Of a stretch of DNA of 64,000 nt, positions 59,672 to 64,000 are shown piece by piece (the first letter of the stretch is position 1; each line of letters begins with the position of its first letter). The stretch is taken from assembly GCA_039931865.1 (NCBI GenBank), contig JBDTRB010000003.1:5364-69363 (forward strand), written 5' to 3'. The translations under genes and the position numbers were made by a program. A model generated the notes under the pieces. The model saw nothing but the letters and a program-made list of their open reading frames with translations. It made no database searches and had not been told where the DNA came from. The stretch comes from Acidobacteriota bacterium (GTDB lineage Bacteria; Acidobacteriota; Thermoanaerobaculia; UBA5066; Gp7-AA6).

Positions 59672-61669
59672 ATGCGTAACTCCCTGGTTTTTCCCGCGTC
59701 CTGGAAAGCGATGAACAGATCCTTGCGGCGCGCTTCGCCTTCTCACATCCGGCGGACAGAGTCCGACGGTCCGGGTCTCTGGATCGTTTTCGCGATCGGC
59801 CTGCTGCTGATGCTCGCGGCGTCTCTCCTCCGGGCGGATGACGCAAACGTCGCACGCAAGACCGAGCGGTTCAACGCGACGCTTCCCGCGCGGTCCACGC
59901 TGCGCGTCTTGAACGTGTCGGGAGACGTCGTCGCGAAGCCCGGCCGCGAATTCTCCGCGGTCTGCCAGACGAGCGTGACCGCGTCGACGAAGGCCCGCGC
60001 CGAGGAGATTCTCTCGCGCACGCGCACCGTCCAGCTGCGCGACGGCGACGAGCTGCGGCTCGAATCCCGGTGGCCCGAGATGGGGGAGGAAACCTCGTGG
60101 TTCTCCCGGTCCTCCCGCCCCGGCTCGTGGCGCACCGCGTCCCGCTGCCGCGACTGCCGCATCACCATGCAGTACGAGGTCGTCGTCCCTCCCGGCGTGT
60201 TGGCGATTCTTCACACGGTGAATGGCGAAGTGCGGATCGAAGACCTCGACGGCGAGCTCGACGCCCAGACGGTGAACGGGAACGTCACGGTGCGCGGATC
60301 ACGGCGCGGCGTGCGCGCGCAGACCGTCAACGGGAAAATCGACGTGTCCGCGGCCGCCGCTCCGCAGGGCGCGGTTCTCGATTTGAAGACCGTCTCGGGC
60401 GCGGTCCTGCTGACGCTGCCGAAGGACGCCCGGTTCGATCTCTCCGCGACTGCGATGAACGGGTCGATCGTCTCGACATTTTCCCTCACCCCGTCCAGGG
60501 CCGCGGGGGTTCCCGAACCCGCGATCGCCGACTCCGACAAAGCCGAGCGCCGGGCCCGAACTGAGCGCGAGCGCTCTCATCACCGCGTCGTGGTCGAGAG
60601 AAACGGCGACGACACGGTCGTCGACGTGCCGGAGCTTCAGCGGGAGCTCGAGGAATCAATGAAGGACATGGACGTGCAGATACGCGAGTCGCTCCGCGAC
60701 GTGGAGCGCGAGACCACGCGGATGAAGTTTCTGATGCCGGGCGGGGAGTACAACGGCTCCACGGGCAAGGGCGGCGCGCGCGTGCGCGTCTCCACCCTGA
60801 CCGGCCGGATCGCGATCCTGGCGGCGAACACTCGCGCAGCGGATGCGAGGCCGCTCGTCGAGCGGCGCTCGTTCGTCGTGACGATCCCGAAAGTGGACGT
60901 TCGGCTTGGCGAGATGAGGGTGCGCGTTCCGCGTCCCCCGCGTCCGCCGCACGTCGCGCAGGAGTCGAACGGCGAGGTCGAGCATCCGGAAGACGAGGCG
61001 GTCGTCCGGGGCGACGTCGCCGGCGACTTTCTCGCGACGGCAGGCGCCGGCACGTACCGCGTGGGACGAGTCGCCGGAAAGGTGAACATCCTCACCCATT
61101 CCGGCGAGATCCACATCGCAGGAGCGGGGTCGTCGGCGGACCTGAAGACTTACGGCGGAGACATCCAGATCGGGCCGGTCGCGGGGGATCTGAAGGCGCA
61201 GACGCTCGCCGGCGACATTCGCGCCGGCTCGGTCGCCGGATCGGTCTCGGCCGACACTTCGGGGGGCGACGTGCGCATCGACCGCATCGTGGGATCGGCC
61301 GACGTCAAGACGGGCGGCGGAGACGTGGTCCTGCCCGCCGTGGGCGGGAGTGTCCGCGTCGAGACCGGCGGAGGCGAAGTTCGGGTCGGCCTCACGTCTC
61401 GCGATGCCAGGGGGGGTGTCACGATCCGGAACGCTGGCGGAGACGTCACGATCACCCTTCCGTCGAATTTCCGTGGCGAGATCGATCTCACGGCGTCGGA
61501 CGCCGACCTCGACGAGACCGCCATCCGGTCGGATTTTCCGGAGATCACCGTGACGCGGCGTTCTGGATCGCAGCAGGCGAAGGCCACTTTGAACGGAGGC
61601 GGGCCGCGTGTCACCGTGCGGACATCGTCGGGCTCGATCCGGATCCGGCGCGGGGCGGAAGCGCACTAA
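59672..61669 (+). CDS. DUF4097 (putative adhesin/beta-helix) repeat protein, membrane-anchored
   Basis: N-terminal TM LWIVFAIGLLLMLAASLL. Two blocks of V.G.I.I/T.GG.V repeats (TVNGEVRIEDLDGELDAQTVNGNVTV...; TYGGDIQIGPVAGDLKAQTLAGDIRAG...TGGGDVVL...TGGGEVRV). The start could instead be the Met at 59711. Confidence 0.8.
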   Translation: MRNSLVFPASWKAMNRSLRRASPSHIRRTESDGPGLWIVFAIGLLLMLAASLLRADDANVARKTERFNATLPARSTLRVLNVSGDVVAKPGREFSAVCQTSVTASTKARAEEILSRTRTVQLRDGDELRLESRWPEMGEETSWFSRSSRPGSWRTASRCRDCRITMQYEVVVPPGVLAILHTVNGEVRIEDLDGELDAQTVNGNVTVRGSRRGVRAQTVNGKIDVSAAAAPQGAVLDLKTVSGAVLLTLPKDARFDLSATAMNGSIVSTFSLTPSRAAGVPEPAIADSDKAERRARTERERSHHRVVVERNGDDTVVDVPELQRELEESMKDMDVQIRESLRDVERETTRMKFLMPGGEYNGSTGKGGARVRVSTLTGRIAILAANTRAADARPLVERRSFVVTIPKVDVRLGEMRVRVPRPPRPPHVAQESNGEVEHPEDEAVVRGDVAGDFLATAGAGTYRVGRVAGKVNILTHSGEIHIAGAGSSADLKTYGGDIQIGPVAGDLKAQTLAGDIRAGSVAGSVSADTSGGDVRIDRIVGSADVKTGGGDVVLPAVGGSVRVETGGGEVRVGLTSRDARGGVTIRNAGGDVTITLPSNFRGEIDLTASDADLDETAIRSDFPEITVTRRSGSQQAKATLNGGGPRVTVRTSSGSIRIRRGAEAH

Positions 61670-61696
61670 AAACGTCGACTCCGCTCACTGCGGGAC

Positions 61697-61722
61697 GTGC
61701 CTTCGCCTGTGGGCGAAGGCAC
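61697..61722 (+). terminator. strong hairpin, possible U-tract-less terminator
   Basis: GTGCCTTCGCC-tgtg-GGCGAAGGCAC, a perfect 11-bp stem, lies 28 nt after the stop at 61669. No T-run follows. Confidence 0.4.
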
Positions 61723-61881
61723 CGGCGGGCGGGTCGGCCGGATGCGGCCTCCACCGCCCGCCTCGTCCCTCCGTTCGCTGCGGCTCCCGCGTATTCACCA
61801 TATTCGCGATGGCGCGCCACCTTTCTCTCGTGGGAGGAGGCCCGCAGGCGCTGCTTGCAGGTGTGGCCTTCCCGTCGAACA

Positions 61882-61897
61882 GGGTAAGGTTCTTGCA
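61882..61897 (+). promoter_or_regulatory. weak sigma-54-like -24/-12 element
   Basis: gGGtaaGgttcTTGCA has the correct GG-to-GC spacing (G61884 to G61895 is 11 nt) and matches 9 of the 12 specified consensus positions (TGGCACG-N4-TTGCA). It lies 53 nt upstream of ATG 61950. No enhancer-binding protein gene is nearby. Confidence 0.2.
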
Positions 61898-61949
61898 TTC
61901 TTCGTCGCGGACGAACCCGAACGGCAATGACGAAAAAGAGGAGCCTTCC

Positions 61950-63086
61950 ATGAACCGACTCAAACGATTGGCTGCGGCATTCCTGGCTCTGGCCTGTGTT
62001 GCCGTGGGAACTGCCTCGGCGCAGGCCCGCTCAGGCGCCAAGGTGGACTTGAATTCCGCGTCGAGCAGCGAGCTCGAGGCCCTCCCGGGCGTGGGAGCCG
62101 CGACCGCGAAAAAGATCATCGCGGGCCGGCCATATTCGAGCGCCGTGGACCTTTCGAAAGCGGGCGTGTCCGCCGCCACGATTCAGAAGATCTCAGGGAT
62201 GGTGACGGTCAGCGGTGCCAGGTCGACGTCGGCGGCTTCCGCCCCGGCCGCGGCCCGCGAGAGCCGGACGCGCCCCGAGCCCGCGCATGCGGGGGGAATG
62301 GGTTCCTCTTCCTCGCAGGGATCGGTCGAACTGAACAGCGCATCGCAGAAAGACCTCGAGGCGTTGCCCGGCGTCGGCGCCGCCACGGCGAAGAAGATCA
62401 TCGCGGGGCGGCCCTACACGTCGGTCGCCGACCTCTCGAAGGCGGGAGTCTCCGAGGCGACGATCCGCAAGATCTCCCCCCTCGTGACAGTCTCCTCCTC
62501 CCGTCCCGCCGACGCTTCTTCCGGGCGGTCCGGCTCCGGGTCGGCCGCAGCGTCGGCGCCGGCGCCGTCTTCCGCGAGGAGCGCGGGCGGCGCTTCCGCG
62601 AATGCGGGCGGTCCGGTCGATCTCAACAGCGCGAGCCAGAAGGATCTCGAGGCTCTTCCCGAGGTCGGCCCGGCGACGGCCAGGAAGATCATGGCGGGAA
62701 GGCCCTACTCCTCCGTCGGCGACCTCGGCCGCGCCGGAGTTTCGGCCGCGACGATCTCGAAGATCTCGCCGCTCGTCACAGTCCGCGGCTCTTCTTCCGC
62801 TTCGCCCTCCTCGTCCTCCTCGTCCTCTTCAGCCTCTTCAGCGCCAGCCGCCGGGTCGGCGGCAGCGACGCGTTCCTCCGGAGGCAACCGGACAGCACCC
62901 GCCGCGTCCGCTCCCTATCAGGCGCCTCCGTCTCCCGGAATGGTCTGGGTGAATCTCGAGACGAAGGTCTTCCACCGGGAAGGCGACAAATGGTACGGAA
63001 GAACCAAGCGCGGCCGGTACATGAGCGAAGCCGACGCGGTGAAGGGTGGCTATCGGCTCTCGAAGGAGAAGGACGAACCGAAGTGA
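61950..63086 (+). CDS. secreted protein with three ComEA-type helix-hairpin-helix modules and a C-terminal sunset-like domain
   Basis: AAGAGGAG lies upstream of ATG 61950. Signal peptide MNRLKRLAAAFLALACVAVGTASA. Three copies of (V/K)(D/E)LNSAS..(D/E)LEALPGVG.ATAKKIIAGRPY.S..DL.KAGVS.ATI.KIS..VTV at about 62040-62210, 62325-62492 and 62616-62783, separated by Ser/Ala-rich linkers. The tail is MVWVNLETKVFHREGDKWYGRTKRGRYMSEADAVKGGYR. Confidence 0.85.
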   Translation: MNRLKRLAAAFLALACVAVGTASAQARSGAKVDLNSASSSELEALPGVGAATAKKIIAGRPYSSAVDLSKAGVSAATIQKISGMVTVSGARSTSAASAPAAARESRTRPEPAHAGGMGSSSSQGSVELNSASQKDLEALPGVGAATAKKIIAGRPYTSVADLSKAGVSEATIRKISPLVTVSSSRPADASSGRSGSGSAAASAPAPSSARSAGGASANAGGPVDLNSASQKDLEALPEVGPATARKIMAGRPYSSVGDLGRAGVSAATISKISPLVTVRGSSSASPSSSSSSSSASSAPAAGSAAATRSSGGNRTAPAASAPYQAPPSPGMVWVNLETKVFHREGDKWYGRTKRGRYMSEADAVKGGYRLSKEKDEPK

Positions 63087-63118
63087 GGTGAGAGGGTGAG
63101 AGGGTGACAGGGTGACAG
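63087..63118. repeat. octamer tandem array (GGTGAGAG)x2 (GGTGACAG)x2
   Basis: Read directly. It starts immediately after the stop at 63086, in the 50-nt convergent spacer. Confidence 0.95.
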
Positions 63119-63136
63119 GTGGGTTCCCCCCTCCTC

Positions 63137-64000
63137 TCACCGGATCCGCATCACCTTCACCGGCTCCAGCGTGACCTCCTCGCCGAACCCGGCGCGGGGG
63201 TCGTGCTTCATCGATCCGTAGACGTATTCGCGGAGGCCGGGTTTCAGCTCCCGCCACGGGCCGCCGAACGTCGCCAGCGTCTCGGAAATGTCCGCCACGT
63301 TGTCGCGGGTGAGGCTCAACAGCTGGTCGCGCGTGAGCGGTGGCGCGTCGAGCCATCCCCTCCGGGCAGCGCCCTCGAATCGCGCCGCCAGAAAACGTCC
63401 CCACCAGACGGGGAGATGGACGATCGGCTTCCGGCGCTTGCCGACCGCGGTCGCGATCTCGCGGTACACCTCGTCGAGAGTGAGCGTCTGAGGCCCGCCG
63501 ACCTCGTAGGTGCGGCCGATCGTCTCCGGCTTCTCCAGGGCGTCCCCGAAGACGCGAGCCACGTCGTAGACCGAAACCGGCATGAAGCGGGTCTGCCCGT
63601 TCCCGATCACCGGAATGAAGAGCGGGTTCCAGCGGACGATCGGCGCGAGGAGGGAAACGAACCCGTCGCCCGGGCCGAAGACGATCGAGGGGCGGAAGAT
63701 CGTCGCGTCGAGGGACGACGCCTTGACGACGCGCTCCCCCGCCGCTTTCGAGCGGCTGTACTCCGAAGGGGCGTCCTCGGCGGCGCCCATCGCGCTCATG
63801 TGGAGGAGCCTCCGCACGCCGACGGCGGCCATCGCGCCCGTCACGTTTTCGACGGCTTCGCGGTGCATGCGATCGAACGTCTGATCTCCGGACTCGTGGA
63901 TGATCCCGACCAGGTGGATGACGGCGTCGCGACCACTCACGGCGGAGGCAAGAGACGCGGGGTCGAGCACGTTGCCGGCGACGGTCTCGACCGGGCGGTT
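63137..64000 (-). CDS. NAD(P)-binding SDR, NDUFA9/NmrA-like (complex I 39-kDa-like) protein, N-terminus beyond window
   Basis: The frame is open to nt 64000. Contains ...AVIHLVGII...F..MH.EA..NV..A....GV.RLLHMSA.GA......Y.RSKA.GE..V..S.LD.TIFRPS.VFGP.D.F, typical of this SDR subgroup. Confidence 0.75.
   Translation of the reverse strand, partial: NRPVETVAGNVLDPASLASAVSGRDAVIHLVGIIHESGDQTFDRMHREAVENVTGAMAAVGVRRLLHMSAMGAAEDAPSEYSRSKAAGERVVKASSLDATIFRPSIVFGPGDGFVSLLAPIVRWNPLFIPVIGNGQTRFMPVSVYDVARVFGDALEKPETIGRTYEVGGPQTLTLDEVYREIATAVGKRRKPIVHLPVWWGRFLAARFEGAARRGWLDAPPLTRDQLLSLTRDNVADISETLATFGGPWRELKPGLREYVYGSMKHDPRAGFGEEVTLEPVKVMRIR

Overview
This is a very GC-rich bacterial chromosomal segment (GC judged by eye, not computed). 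It is densely packed with about 60 protein genes, mostly on the minus strand. More than 20 gene junctions are 4-nt start/stop overlaps (ATGA, GTGA or TTGA).

The content is mainly core housekeeping, read left to right:
- Left end: a CCA-adding-enzyme-like gene (5' cut by the window edge), rsmD, metK-ahcY, an Omp85-family barrel, and a fused lptF-lptG.
- 8873-10208: a 1.3-kb stretch with no credible ORF.
- parB-parA, a DUF151 nuclease and miaB.
- A complete regulatory PTS/sigma-54 locus: lptC/A-like, lptB, rpoN, hpf, ptsN, hprK, rapZ, EIIA(Man), HPr, EI.
- recJ, accA, a PLD-family protein, priA, aspA-like, udg, coaBC, rpoZ, gmk, yicC.
- A lipid A block: msbA-lpxB, divergent from a gnnA/gnnB-like pair, followed by asnB.
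- HIT, HU/IHF, rpsA, cmk, rluB, scpB, scpA, an M50 protease.
- Right end: a frameshifted small secreted-protein gene, a four-gene radical-SAM/DUF547/MauE/SRPBCC module, a divergent ECF sigma/anti-sigma/DUF4097 unit, a triple ComEA-like protein, and a 5'-truncated NDUFA9-like SDR.

I recognised no rRNA, tRNA, CRISPR, transposase, integrase or phage genes.

The items most worth a second look are:
1. The translationally coupled radical-SAM/DUF547/MauE/SRPBCC module, whose function is unknown.
2. The ORF-free 1.3-kb gap next to parB.
3. A roughly 58-70-nt hairpin-containing dispersed repeat with two copies, one of them inside a predicted CDS.
4. A recurring class of 7-8-nt tandem arrays (about 4 units each) in intergenic spacers. 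An 8-bp tandem duplication of the same size class disrupts a gene.
5. Single-polypeptide LptF-LptG and LptC/LptA-like proteins.

All functional calls rest on motifs I recognise in the translations; no database search was possible. The taxon cannot be established from the sequence alone. Gene content points to a diderm, and an Acidobacteriota-like lineage is only a guess.
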